Assembly: GCA_037442925.1 (NCBI GenBank) | Contig: JBBIPG010000014.1 | Location: 1 to 44,672 of the forward strand | Length of the DNA stretch: 44,672 nt | DNA from: Candidatus Fraserbacteria bacterium | GTDB lineage: Bacteria; Bipolaricaulota; Bipolaricaulia; RBG-16-55-9 | Direction: 5' to 3' | Shown: in pieces, positions 28,994-37,988 of the stretch | How positions within the stretch are numbered: the stretch's first letter is position 1 | Layout of the letters: each line of letters opens with the position of its first letter | Position numbers and translations under genes: made by a program | The notes under the pieces: model-generated | Seen by the model: only the letters and a program-made list of their open reading frames with translations | The model's database searches: none | What the model was told of the DNA's origin: nothing

Positions 28994-30370
28994 ATGGTCC
29001 AAGCAGCGCTTCGTTATGTGAAAGAACACCGTCAAGATGCCCTCGATCAGCTCGTCCAACTCATCAAGATTCCCAGCATCAGTACCCTCCCCAATCACGC
29101 TCCGGATATCCGCAAGGCAGCCGATTGGCTGGCACAACGTCTGAAGCATATTGGCCTGGAGCACGTGCAGATCCTTGAGACTCCGCGACATCCCGTGGTC
29201 TACGCCGATTGGCTGCACGCTACGGGCAAATCCACCCTGCTCATCTATGGCCACTACGACGTCCAACCGGTGGACCCGCTTCACGAGTGGGAGACGCCAC
29301 CCTTTGAGCCCACCGTGCGTGGGGATAATCTTTACGCGAGAGGTGCATCGGATGATAAGGGCCAACTCTTCACGCACATGGAAGCGATCGAGGCATTTCT
29401 GAAAACTGAGGGCCGATTGCCCGTCAATGTGAAGTTTCTCATCGAAGGGGAAGAAGAGATTGGCAGCGGAAGCCTTAAGGAGGTTCTCCCCGCCCATAGG
29501 GATCTGTTTCAATCCGATGTGTGCGTGATCTCCGACTCGCACATCCTTGCGCCGAACCAGCCCTCGATTGTCTATGGGCTCAGGGGCTTGGTGTATGGGG
29601 AAGTCGAAGTTCATGGTCCCAGCCATGATCTCCACTCCGGCTCATACGGGGGCGCGGTTCACAATCCGCTCACGGCCCTTTGCGAGTTGATCGCCAAGCT
29701 GCATGACGAAGACGGAAGAGTCACGATTCCCGGCTTTTATGATCGTGTGCGTGCCGTAAGTGAGGCAGAGAGAAGAGAACTGGCTCAGTTGCCCACGACG
29801 GACAAGAGATTTCTTGAAGAGACAGGGGCTCCCGCGACATGGGGAGAATCCGGTTTCACCACCCTGGAACGGCTCAGCGCTCGCCCGACGTTAGAGGTTC
29901 ACGGCATCCGCGGCGGCTTCACGGGAGAGGGTGCCAAGACAGTCATTCCGGCGAAGGCGCTGGCCAAGATCAGCATGCGCCTGGCGCCTCATCAGTCGAG
30001 CGATGAAATCGCACAACTATTCAGGAAACACGTCGAATCGCTGGCTCCCAAGACCGTCAAGGTCACGGTGAGGATCTTGCAAAGCGGTGATCCGGTGCTC
30101 CTTGACAGAAAGCATCCCGCATTCCTGGCCGCGTCGAAAGCGTATGAGGCGAGTTTTGGAGCCAAGCCCGTCTACACTCTGGAGGGCGGCAGCATCCCCG
30201 TTGTAGTGCTGCTGCAAAGACTGTTCAATTTGCCTGTAGTGCTGATGGGGTTTGGTCTTCCTGATGATCGCTTACACTCACCCAATGAGAAATTCTATCT
30301 GCCGAACTTCTATCGCGGGATGGAGTGCTCTGTTCTCTTTCTTACTGAGTTAGGCAGAGCAGCCCGATGA
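28994..30370 (+). CDS. M20/M25/M40 family dipeptidase
   Basis: YGHYDVQP, RGASDDKG, EGEEEIGS, DLHSG, HSPNEK. Confidence 0.93.
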   Translation: MVQAALRYVKEHRQDALDQLVQLIKIPSISTLPNHAPDIRKAADWLAQRLKHIGLEHVQILETPRHPVVYADWLHATGKSTLLIYGHYDVQPVDPLHEWETPPFEPTVRGDNLYARGASDDKGQLFTHMEAIEAFLKTEGRLPVNVKFLIEGEEEIGSGSLKEVLPAHRDLFQSDVCVISDSHILAPNQPSIVYGLRGLVYGEVEVHGPSHDLHSGSYGGAVHNPLTALCELIAKLHDEDGRVTIPGFYDRVRAVSEAERRELAQLPTTDKRFLEETGAPATWGESGFTTLERLSARPTLEVHGIRGGFTGEGAKTVIPAKALAKISMRLAPHQSSDEIAQLFRKHVESLAPKTVKVTVRILQSGDPVLLDRKHPAFLAASKAYEASFGAKPVYTLEGGSIPVVVLLQRLFNLPVVLMGFGLPDDRLHSPNEKFYLPNFYRGMECSVLFLTELGRAAR

Positions 30371-30397
30371 GCATGCGCCTTCTCTACACCTCATACA

Positions 30398-30892
30398 TCA
30401 CAGTGAAAAGAGCACTCCAGCTGAAAAACGGGCAGTAAAGCCTTGCGCTGGGCCTTCGGCAAGAGCCATCGGAAAGAGCAAGACCGCTTCGATGGCGACC
30501 GTCCCAGGCCCTATCGGTCGCGTCTTGAGTCCTACAAGCCCCAGGATCGGGATCTGCATGCGACCGGGATGTGCCGCCTCCGCTACCCATGCCACTCCCA
30601 CCCCACCTCCGAAATAGATTCGCGCTCCCAGCCGCGTGTTGAACAAGACCAGAGTCTCCAGCTGCGTGAGTGATGCCCCTCCTAGAACGCCCAGCTCCGC
30701 TCCCAAACGCACCTGAAGCCCGTCCGAGGGGCCGACTTCTGCGATGGGGCCGAAGATCCAGACACGTTGTCCATCAACGCCTTGCATTCCGGCTTGCACC
30801 CCCAGCGTCAGCAGCAGCGGCTCGCTTGCTGCGTCCATGGCAAAGCATGACAAGGCAAGTGCCGTGATCATCCCAAGCCCGATTCGCTTCAT
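30398..30892 (-). CDS. Exported protein, probable small beta-barrel
   Basis: AAGGAGG RBS, signal peptide, amphipathic strands (YFGGGVG, RFSAGVLFSL). Confidence 0.6.
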   Translation of the reverse strand: MKRIGLGMITALALSCFAMDAASEPLLLTLGVQAGMQGVDGQRVWIFGPIAEVGPSDGLQVRLGAELGVLGGASLTQLETLVLFNTRLGARIYFGGGVGVAWVAEAAHPGRMQIPILGLVGLKTRPIGPGTVAIEAVLLFPMALAEGPAQGFTARFSAGVLFSL

Positions 30893-31022
30893 CGCCCTTG
30901 AACGCCTCCTTATGCCTGGGGTATGCTAAATGCGATCCTCCCTGCAAGTCAAGAAGAGCGACTGGCTCGTGCCCTGCAGGCTATCCCGTGAAGAGTAGAG
31001 TACAACTCCGTATAATCTTTTG

Positions 31023-32174
31023 ATGAAGAACGTTTTTATCTTATCATTGACGGTATTCGCGGTTCTGGTGGCACTCTTCTCCTGGTTCTATCTCTTTCCA
31101 CTCCAGTTGAAACGCTTGGGAGCCTCCGATGCAGATATCGGGTTATCCTACACGCTCTTCACTTTGGGGTTGACGGTCTTCCAAGGGGTTGGAGGCTACT
31201 TGGCCGATCGATTCGGAAGAAAAGCGCTCATCGTCTGGCCCACATTCGTCGCTCCCCTAGCGTTTGGAGTGCTGGCTCTCACCGACCACTGGATGCTGGC
31301 AGCAGGCATGTACTTGCTCGTGAATATTATGACGGCTTTGCAGATACCCGCGTTCGCGGCGCTGTTGGCGGAGTCCAGCACTCAGCGCGAACGAGCGTTC
31401 ATCTGGTACGAGGCGGCTGCGTCCTTCGGGGCAGCTCTGGGTCCCTTGTTGGGTGCAGCCTTAGTCGGCGTGGGCGATCTTCAGGCTCTTATGGGACTGA
31501 CAGCCATTGTGACCCTGATTGCAGCCGTGGTGCGTCTGGTGTACTTGGAAGAGACGAAGAACAGCACACGAATTGCACAACAGAGGAAGCAGCAATGGCC
31601 CGCCATGTTGACTCGTGATCTTCGCTGGTTCTTTGTGGGAGGAAGTCTCTTGTTCTTGGCGACCTCGATCACGCTGGGGCCCTTTCCTACGCTCCATTTC
31701 AAGGAAGTCCTCCTCAAGCCGGAGAGCGAGATCAATCTGCTATTCGGGCTGGCATGGGGGATCGCAGCACTGCTCAGTTTATTCGGTGAACGGCTTACGG
31801 CCCAGCTTCGCGCGAAACGCATTCTGGCACTCAGCGCGTTGCTGCATCCGGTCTTCCTTCTAATCTGGGTGTTTGTGGGCCCAGCAGACTGGCAAATAGG
31901 GCCCTTCTTGGCTTCGTTCCTCTTTATTCAGTTCATCTTCGTGGGTTGGCAGCTCTTGCTCGCTGAGCTTACAACCCTGGAGAATCGAGGCCAAATCATG
32001 GGGCTCTTTGGTACAGTCAGTGGGCTGGTCAGTTCTTTAGGCCCAACTCTGGCCATGCAGGCCAAGCTGGCTTGGGGGAGCTGGCTTCCGTTTGGATTGG
32101 CCAGCCTCTTTGGGGCGTTGGCGCTACTTGCGCTCTTGCCTTGTCAACCCAACGGACGCTCCAAGCTGGATTAA
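31023..32174 (+). CDS. MFS transporter
   Basis: GGYLADRFGRK motif A, about 12 TM segments; TATAAT 6 nt upstream of the ATG. Confidence 0.92.
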   Translation: MKNVFILSLTVFAVLVALFSWFYLFPLQLKRLGASDADIGLSYTLFTLGLTVFQGVGGYLADRFGRKALIVWPTFVAPLAFGVLALTDHWMLAAGMYLLVNIMTALQIPAFAALLAESSTQRERAFIWYEAAASFGAALGPLLGAALVGVGDLQALMGLTAIVTLIAAVVRLVYLEETKNSTRIAQQRKQQWPAMLTRDLRWFFVGGSLLFLATSITLGPFPTLHFKEVLLKPESEINLLFGLAWGIAALLSLFGERLTAQLRAKRILALSALLHPVFLLIWVFVGPADWQIGPFLASFLFIQFIFVGWQLLLAELTTLENRGQIMGLFGTVSGLVSSLGPTLAMQAKLAWGSWLPFGLASLFGALALLALLPCQPNGRSKLD

Positions 32175-32184
32175 TGCGTATTCA

Positions 32185-32382
32185 GTGAGAATGAGTGCGC
32201 CTGGCCCGCGGTGCCTCCGCCTTTGGGGAAGAGCTACTGGGGAAAAATCCCGCGCGTAAGGAGGCGAACTGCGCAGGCAAAACCCTGGTAGCTGGTGGCC
32301 ATAATCCCACCCACAGAGGGCACCGCGGACAACCAGGCAAGGAGGTGAGTAGGGGGTAAATATTGTCTCAACTTGCCCTCAC
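32185..32382 (-). ncRNA. Structured ~200-nt ncRNA candidate (possibly 6S-like)
   Basis: Minus-strand promoter upstream; nested pairings GTGAG/CTCAC, GCCTGG/CCAGGC, CCGCGGTGCC/GGCACCGCGG, AGCTAC/GTAGCT; G-U wobbles favour the minus strand; no credible ORF. Confidence 0.55.
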
Positions 32383-32388
32383 GCTCCG

Positions 32389-32417
32389 ATTCTACACCAA
32401 CGAGTTCATAAATGCAA
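32389..32417 (-). promoter_or_regulatory. sigma70 promoter for the ncRNA candidate
   Basis: Minus strand TTGCAT-17 nt-TAGAAT. Confidence 0.6.
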
Positions 32418-32535
32418 ATGATTCTCATCAGCAGTAAGGCTGATCTCCCGTCAGTCCCAAACCCATATAGATACAACTCTCGCTTGACGGCGTCGGACTT
32501 ACGTGGTAAGTATACCAGTATTTTGGAGGTTTCCG

Positions 32536-33624
32536 ATGATCAAGCGCATGCGTAACTTCAATCCAGGGCCTGCTGCATTGCCCTTGCCCGTCTTGGAGCA
32601 GGTACAAGAGGAGCTTCTGGATTTCGAGGGCTCCGGCATGTCCATTCTGGAGATGAGCCATAGAGGAGGCACCTATGAACGGGTCCACAACGAAGCCGTT
32701 GCCAATCTCCGCAAGCTGCTAGATTGCGATGAAGACTACGCGATTCTCTTCATGGGTGGCGGTGCTTCCACGCAATTTGCGCTGGTGCCCATGAATTTAC
32801 TCGCCCCCGGATCGCAGGCAGCATACATAACTACGGGCTATTGGGGAGAGGCGGCCCTACGCGAAGCCCGCAAGCTGGGAGACGCGCGCGAAATCTGGTC
32901 GAGCGCCTCGACCAAACACGACCGCACGCCCGTTCCCGATGAGTTCCGCGTGGACCCGAAAGCCGCGTATCTTCATTACACCAGCAATAACACCATCGAG
33001 GGCACGCAATTCCACTATGTGCCGAATTCGGGCAACGTACCTCTCATTTGTGATATGTCCTCAGATATTCTCAGTCGCCCTCTAGACGTATCGCGCTTTG
33101 GACTCATCTACGCTGGCGCTCAGAAGAACATGGGACCGGCGGGAGTGACGGTCGTGATCATCCGCCGAGATCTATTGGAACGCTCCCGACCCGACTTACC
33201 ATCAATGCTCAGCTATGCGCGCATCGCCAAAGAGAATTCTCTACTGAATACACCCCCCGTCTTCGCCATTTACATGGTGAAACTGGTCACTCACTATCTG
33301 CTCGATCAAGGGGGACTAAAATCGATCCAGGCCTGCAACGCCAGGAAGGCAAAGCTGCTCTACGATATCATAGACGGCTCTAATGGGTTTTATCGAGGCT
33401 GTGCACAACCCGACAGTCGATCCCAGATGAACGTCACCTTCCGCCTGCCAACGGAAGAACTCGAGAAGCGTTTTGTCACCGAAAGCAGTGAGGCCGGGCT
33501 GATCGGGCTGAAAGGGCATCGTTCCGTCGGAGGGATTCGCGCTTCACTATATAACGCCGTGAGCTTAGAGGACGTGCGCACGCTGGTCGATTTCATGGAG
33601 GACTTTCAGGAACGACACGGTTGA
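32536..33624 (+). CDS. serC: Phosphoserine aminotransferase
   Basis: NFNPGPAALP, EMSHR, GGASTQF, CDMSSD, AGAQKNMGPAG, NTPP, GHRSVGG. Confidence 0.97.
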   Translation: MIKRMRNFNPGPAALPLPVLEQVQEELLDFEGSGMSILEMSHRGGTYERVHNEAVANLRKLLDCDEDYAILFMGGGASTQFALVPMNLLAPGSQAAYITTGYWGEAALREARKLGDAREIWSSASTKHDRTPVPDEFRVDPKAAYLHYTSNNTIEGTQFHYVPNSGNVPLICDMSSDILSRPLDVSRFGLIYAGAQKNMGPAGVTVVIIRRDLLERSRPDLPSMLSYARIAKENSLLNTPPVFAIYMVKLVTHYLLDQGGLKSIQACNARKAKLLYDIIDGSNGFYRGCAQPDSRSQMNVTFRLPTEELEKRFVTESSEAGLIGLKGHRSVGGIRASLYNAVSLEDVRTLVDFMEDFQERHG

Positions 33625-33668
33625 CCAGTCTTAACTTGAATCTCGGGTAGTAACCTGGTCATAAATGC

Positions 33669-34679
33669 TTACCGCCAAAAGTAAGCGAGCAGGCCGATGA
33701 CCACAAAGAGGGCCGAGATTCCCCAGAAGAGCAGCGTGATGGCCCATTCCGGCCACTCGACGCTGGGAAGAAGATATTCGTAATCGACCCCTTCCGCCCG
33801 CTCAAAATGGTGATGCAACGGGCTCACCTTAAAGATTCGTTTCTTGAAGAACCGGAAGCTGATTACTTGTACGATGACAGAGAGAGCCTCCACCACAGGC
33901 ACAAAAGCCAAGACGATGAGAATAAGCTCCGTTCGCGTAAGCACACTCAGCGCAGCCACGAACCCTCCGAGCGCCAGCGAGCCCGTATCCCCTAAGAAGA
34001 TCCTGGCCGGATACACGTTGAACCACAGAAATCCTAGAAGAATAGCTCCAAAGATCGCAACGAGCCCAAAGAGATCTCCTTTTGCAGGCGCTCCGTATGT
34101 GATGGCTCCATAAGCTGCCAACAGCACGAGTACGACACCCACAGCTAAGCCGTCTAAACCGTCCGTCAGGTTCACCGCGTTCACAGCGCCGATGAAGACG
34201 AGCGCGATCAGGACCAAGAGAACCGGTTGACCGACCTGCCACTCCACAGCGGAGAAGGGGACTCGAATCGTCGCATCCAAAGAGCCTGATAGGTCGAGGG
34301 CAACGATGAACCCTGCGGTGACAAGAAACTGTAAGAAGAGTTTATAGCGTGCCGCAAGCCCTTGCGAGTGCTGCTGGAGAAACTTGATCATATCATCGAG
34401 AAAACCGATGAGCCCGAAAGCAAGAGCAGCTGCCACCAAGAGGTTCCCCTGAACGGTGAGAGTCCCCTGAACGAATTGATAGACCATCACGATGATCAGA
34501 AAGACGAGGAGGATGATGGCACCGCCCATCGTGGGCGTACCGCGCTTGTGTTCGTGAATCTTCGGTCCGTATTCGCGAATGGGTTGGCCGGAACCGCCTC
34601 GCCGCATGGCCAGAATGAATAGATACGTAAAGAGCAACGTGCCCAGAAATCCCACCACTGCGAAGGGGACCCACTTCAT
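33669..34679 (-). CDS. mraY: Phospho-N-acetylmuramoyl-pentapeptide transferase
   Basis: KRGTPTMGG, GFLDD, NAVNLTDGLDGL, FLGDTGS, PLHHHFE. Confidence 0.96.
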   Translation of the reverse strand: MKWVPFAVVGFLGTLLFTYLFILAMRRGGSGQPIREYGPKIHEHKRGTPTMGGAIILLVFLIIVMVYQFVQGTLTVQGNLLVAAALAFGLIGFLDDMIKFLQQHSQGLAARYKLFLQFLVTAGFIVALDLSGSLDATIRVPFSAVEWQVGQPVLLVLIALVFIGAVNAVNLTDGLDGLAVGVVLVLLAAYGAITYGAPAKGDLFGLVAIFGAILLGFLWFNVYPARIFLGDTGSLALGGFVAALSVLTRTELILIVLAFVPVVEALSVIVQVISFRFFKKRIFKVSPLHHHFERAEGVDYEYLLPSVEWPEWAITLLFWGISALFVVIGLLAYFWR

Positions 34680-34773
34680 ATCCTCCACATATAGTGCGTT
34701 TCGCAAGTGGAAAGCAAGTCACGAGTTTACCGCTTCCTTTGCGAAGAGAAGCGCCTTCGCTCTATAATGCGGC

Positions 34774-35241
34774 ATGCGCGTCGGAATTGGACTCGACTTT
34801 CATCGCTTTGCGAGTGGACGCAAGCTCAGGCTGGGTGGCGTAGAGATCCCCCATGAGAAGGGCCTACTTGGTCACTCGGACGCCGATGTGCTGCTCCACG
34901 CGATCTGTGATGCTCTCTTAGGAGCCGCCGGTCTGGGCGACATTGGCTTGCACTTTCCGGCGGGTGATCCCCAGTACGAGAACATTTCTAGTTTGATCTT
35001 GCTGAAGAGGGTGAAGGAGATGCTCGATGCGAAGAGCTATAAAATTGAGCACATCGATGCCGTAGTGGTGGCGGAGGAGCCTCCGCTCGCTTCGTATTTC
35101 GAGCAGATGAAAGAGAGAATAGCTCACGTCTTGAGCGTGAGAGAAGATCAGATCAATCTCAAAGCGACTCGACCTGAGGGCTTAGGGGCCTTGGGGCGAG
35201 GCGAGGGAATCTTGGCTCAGGCCGTTGCAAGCTTGAAATGA
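34774..35241 (+). CDS. ispF: 2-C-methyl-D-erythritol 2,4-cyclodiphosphate synthase
   Basis: MRVGIGLDFH, GHSDADVLLHAICDALLGA, GDIG.HF. Confidence 0.97.
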   Translation: MRVGIGLDFHRFASGRKLRLGGVEIPHEKGLLGHSDADVLLHAICDALLGAAGLGDIGLHFPAGDPQYENISSLILLKRVKEMLDAKSYKIEHIDAVVVAEEPPLASYFEQMKERIAHVLSVREDQINLKATRPEGLGALGRGEGILAQAVASLK

Positions 35242-35247
35242 TCCCAC

Positions 35248-35715
35248 TTAGAAGCGATCCTCCTTATCTCCCCACAGCGTCTGTAGATAACAGATCTGTC
35301 CCCAGTGGTAGGCAATATGCGCTCCAGGCGCTGTGATCAGGCGGGTCATCTGCCAGGTCTGTCCCCAGGGCATCGTGCGCGTCTGGTCCAATTGTTCGTC
35401 CGCGACAGAGGCAATCGTCTCTGACAACGCTTGCCCGCTTGACCTCAGGGTTTCCAGCGCTTGCTTGTAGCTATCTGCTGATTCCTTGATGGATTGGCGC
35501 TCCATTTTCTTTGCAGACGTTGTGAACCCCTCCCCGCAGATCAAGCCAGCAAAGCCATAATTGGCTCCTGCCAGGTGCTCCAGGATCTCGTGAACAGATT
35601 TACCCAGGCCTTCGGGCTTCCAGCGAGCCTTATCCTTGGGAACTTGCTGTACGGCGTTTAGACATAGCCCCATCAATGTCTGCACGCGACGGCTTTCCAG
35701 TTGCTGTAGTTTCAT
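35248..35715 (-). CDS. DinB-family protein
   Basis: AAGGAGGAG RBS; SVHEILEHL; HIAYHWGQICYLQTLWGD. Confidence 0.85.
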   Translation of the reverse strand: MKLQQLESRRVQTLMGLCLNAVQQVPKDKARWKPEGLGKSVHEILEHLAGANYGFAGLICGEGFTTSAKKMERQSIKESADSYKQALETLRSSGQALSETIASVADEQLDQTRTMPWGQTWQMTRLITAPGAHIAYHWGQICYLQTLWGDKEDRF

Positions 35716-35752
35716 GGCTCCTCCTTTTTGTTCGTGTTCATCAACCGGAGAA

Positions 35753-36565
35753 TCAACCCACATCCAAGATGGCGAGCGTAGGTCGGATGCCAATGCGGAA
35801 GGGCACGTGGTTATTCCCCAGCCCTGGCGAGACATACAGCTGGCTCTGGCCCACTTCATACCAACCCTTGACGAACGGTCCGCTGCCTGGGGGTACATAC
35901 GGCGTAATCCCAAAGGGAGCGATCTGACCTCCGTGCGTATGGCCTGAGAGGATCAATGCTCGCCTTTGCATCCGAGGTGCGATGTCCACGGCCAAAGCCG
36001 GGCAGTGGCTGAGAACCAGTGTAGGCAATTCCACTTCTTCTTCGAGCAACTCGAGGTTCGGCTCACCTTCGAGCCAGTCGTCCAGGCCGACAATGCGTAG
36101 CTCTGTCTCTTCGTGTTTGATCTTCACATCTTCGTTCACGAGCAACTGGACTCCTGATTCCCTGTATGCCTTTCTCAGCAATCGGCGGTTGACCCCCCGC
36201 TCGTACTCCCAGTTGCCCAGGACGGCGTACTTGCCCAGCGAGCCTTCCATTGGGCTAAAGAGATCTTTGACGAGTGGCTCATTCCCCCCGCGATCGATAG
36301 AGTCGCCTACGATGAGCAAGAGATCGCATTGAGCACGTTTCACTTCGTCGATGAGTTGAGCAACCGGGAAACGATAGTTGGGCGCATGAAAATCGGTCAT
36401 GACGCCCAGTCTCAGCGGCTTCGTAAATGCCCACACAGATCGAGAGTAGGTCTCGATCTTGAGGGTATTAGACTGCCAACCGTAGGCGCTCCCGCCCGCG
36501 AGCGTCGCGGCCAGAGCCGCTCCGCCGATCTGAAGAAACCGTCTTCTCGACATCTTGAGTTGCAT
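35753..36565 (-). CDS. Tat-exported metallophosphoesterase (YkuE-like)
   Basis: SRRRFL signal; TDFH, GDSID, GNWE, SHCP, GHTHGGQ. Confidence 0.9.
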   Translation of the reverse strand: MQLKMSRRRFLQIGGAALAATLAGGSAYGWQSNTLKIETYSRSVWAFTKPLRLGVMTDFHAPNYRFPVAQLIDEVKRAQCDLLLIVGDSIDRGGNEPLVKDLFSPMEGSLGKYAVLGNWEYERGVNRRLLRKAYRESGVQLLVNEDVKIKHEETELRIVGLDDWLEGEPNLELLEEEVELPTLVLSHCPALAVDIAPRMQRRALILSGHTHGGQIAPFGITPYVPPGSGPFVKGWYEVGQSQLYVSPGLGNNHVPFRIGIRPTLAILDVG

Positions 36566-36575
36566 AGCGTTCTTC

Positions 36576-37271
36576 TTACACAATGGGGACCAGGAGCTTC
36601 AGGAGCAGCATAAAGCCTAGCCCCAAGAGCAATGAGAAGATCACTTTGAAGTTGAAGCGCCGATGAGCATCGGGCAGAAGATCGCTGGCGCCGATGTACA
36701 AGAAATCTCCCGCAATGAAGGCCAGGGCAATATGCAAGAGATCTTCCGGGATCAACCCTGCCAGGAGTGCTCCTATGGGATAGAGTGCTCCGGCAAGACC
36801 CAAGGTGAATAAGATCTTGCCCCGACTCCAGAGAGCTTGCCTCATGATGAAGGTGGACGTGATTCCCTGAGGGATCTCATGGAGCACGACGGCCAGGGTG
36901 ATCGCCAATCCCAGGAAGGGTTCGATGAGATATCCTGCGGCGATCCCGATGCCGTCGATCACGTTGTCAAGCGCCATGCCGAACACGGCCACGGGTCCGA
37001 CCTGATGAGCCTCACACTCGCTCTCTCCGCAGGCGTGGATCATCATGACCTTTTCCAACAGGTAGAACGTGAGAAACCCAATAGCAACGTACATATAGTC
37101 GGTTTCCATGCGAACTTCTGGAAGGACATCGAAGAAGGTCACAGCAAGCAGAACACCTGCCGCGAAGGCGATGACGTAGCGAGGTTCCAGTCGCTCCGAT
37201 TTCCAGCCCAGGGCGAGCCAACCTGAAACGAGGTCGGAGAGACCCGCGATGAGGGCGTAAAGGAATTGCAT
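36576..37271 (-). CDS. ZIP-family metal transporter
   Basis: AFAAGVLL, LDNVIDG, LHEIPQG, YIGASDLLP. Confidence 0.9.
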   Translation of the reverse strand: MQFLYALIAGLSDLVSGWLALGWKSERLEPRYVIAFAAGVLLAVTFFDVLPEVRMETDYMYVAIGFLTFYLLEKVMMIHACGESECEAHQVGPVAVFGMALDNVIDGIGIAAGYLIEPFLGLAITLAVVLHEIPQGITSTFIMRQALWSRGKILFTLGLAGALYPIGALLAGLIPEDLLHIALAFIAGDFLYIGASDLLPDAHRRFNFKVIFSLLLGLGFMLLLKLLVPIV

Positions 37272-37277
37272 ACGGCA

Positions 37278-37306
37278 AGCTTAGAGAGGGTAGGGCAAGC
37301 TGTCAA
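37278..37306 (-). promoter_or_regulatory. sigma70 promoter for a leaderless ZIP gene
   Basis: Minus strand TTGACA-17 nt-TAAGCT, ATG 6 nt downstream, no SD. Confidence 0.7.
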
Positions 37307-37317
37307 GCCAGCGGATC

Positions 37318-37542
37318 TTAGATCTCGAAGTCATCCAGGCGGAAACCCTCCGTACTCTGCAGCACCTTCTTGACGCGGAGTTCGCCCTCTTCCAGTCGTT
37401 TCTTGAGTCGATCGGCCACGCGGACGCCCTCCTCGAAGAGTTTCAAAGACTCCTCCAGTGAGACGTCCTCTCCTTCCAGTGATTTCACGATCTGTTCGAG
37501 TCGGGTTAGGGCTTCTTCGACGCTCAGTTCTTTCTCCGGCAT
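37318..37542 (-). CDS. xseB: Exodeoxyribonuclease VII small subunit (start uncertain)
   Basis: EEALTRLEQIVKSLE...SLEESLKLFEEG. Confidence 0.9.
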   Translation of the reverse strand: MPEKELSVEEALTRLEQIVKSLEGEDVSLEESLKLFEEGVRVADRLKKRLEEGELRVKKVLQSTEGFRLDDFEI

Positions 37543-37761
37543 CACGCTGGCTCCTGTGGGATCATGCTTCTTCATAGCATGCTTGGGCTTCTTTGGCAAA
37601 TGCGCTTCTCTGTGTGTAATGATCGTGGTTGTATGAACGTGTTAATGACCGATTCCATCAGGGCTTGACTTCTTGGGCAAGATGTGTTATACGTTAATTG
37701 CTTTACGGATCTTATGTAGCTAAAGCATAAGAGACTACAATCTCTAAGGAGGTCATAAACA

Positions 37762-37917
37762 ATGTTGAAGTGGGGTACAGTAGCGGAGTCCAATCAGGCG
37801 GCGGAGCGGATGAACGGCTTTCTCGCGAAGATCGTAGGGAGCAAGGCGCTTTACCTACTGGTCGTGCTGGCGTCGTTCGTGTTGCTCAGTGGGGCTGGCG
37901 ACAAATTTGGTGGCTGA
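37762..37917 (+). CDS. Unannotated 51-aa peptide, putative signalling-peptide precursor
   Basis: TAAGGAGGT RBS 8 nt before ATG; MLKWGTVAESNQAAERMNGFLAKIVGSKALYLLVVLASFVLLSGAGDKFGG-stop; not in the supplied ORF track. Confidence 0.8.
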   Translation: MLKWGTVAESNQAAERMNGFLAKIVGSKALYLLVVLASFVLLSGAGDKFGG

Positions 37918-37933
37918 AGGGATAAGATGTAAG

Positions 37934-37972
37934 AGAAGAGGGAGAAGTCAGACATTGATTTTTCCCTCTTCT
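37934..37972 (+). terminator. Stem-loop between the peptide ORF and HD-GYP gene 1
   Basis: AGAAGAGGGAGAAGTCA-gacat-TGATTTTTCCCTCTTCT, 17-bp stem including two G-U pairs. Confidence 0.65.
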
Positions 37973-37988
37973 GTCTTCTAAATTTTAT

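Noticed and set aside
32185..32382. SRP RNA, RNase P RNA or tmRNA identity for the structured RNA
   Set aside because: No SRP CAGG-GNRA-AGCA motif, no RNase P GAGGAAAGUCC and no tRNA-like ends found by eye
32339..32437. Perfect plus-strand SD (AAGGAGGTGA) as the start of a small type I toxin ORF
   Set aside because: No start codon at proper spacing; the nearest TTG frame is short and not hydrophobic
33669..35241. mraY and ispF separated from their usual dcw and ispD partners
   Set aside because: Dispersal of these genes is common and not informative by itself
37572..37793. 73-aa minus-strand ORF upstream of xseB
   Set aside because: No RBS or motifs; it overlaps the better supported peptide ORF and its upstream region
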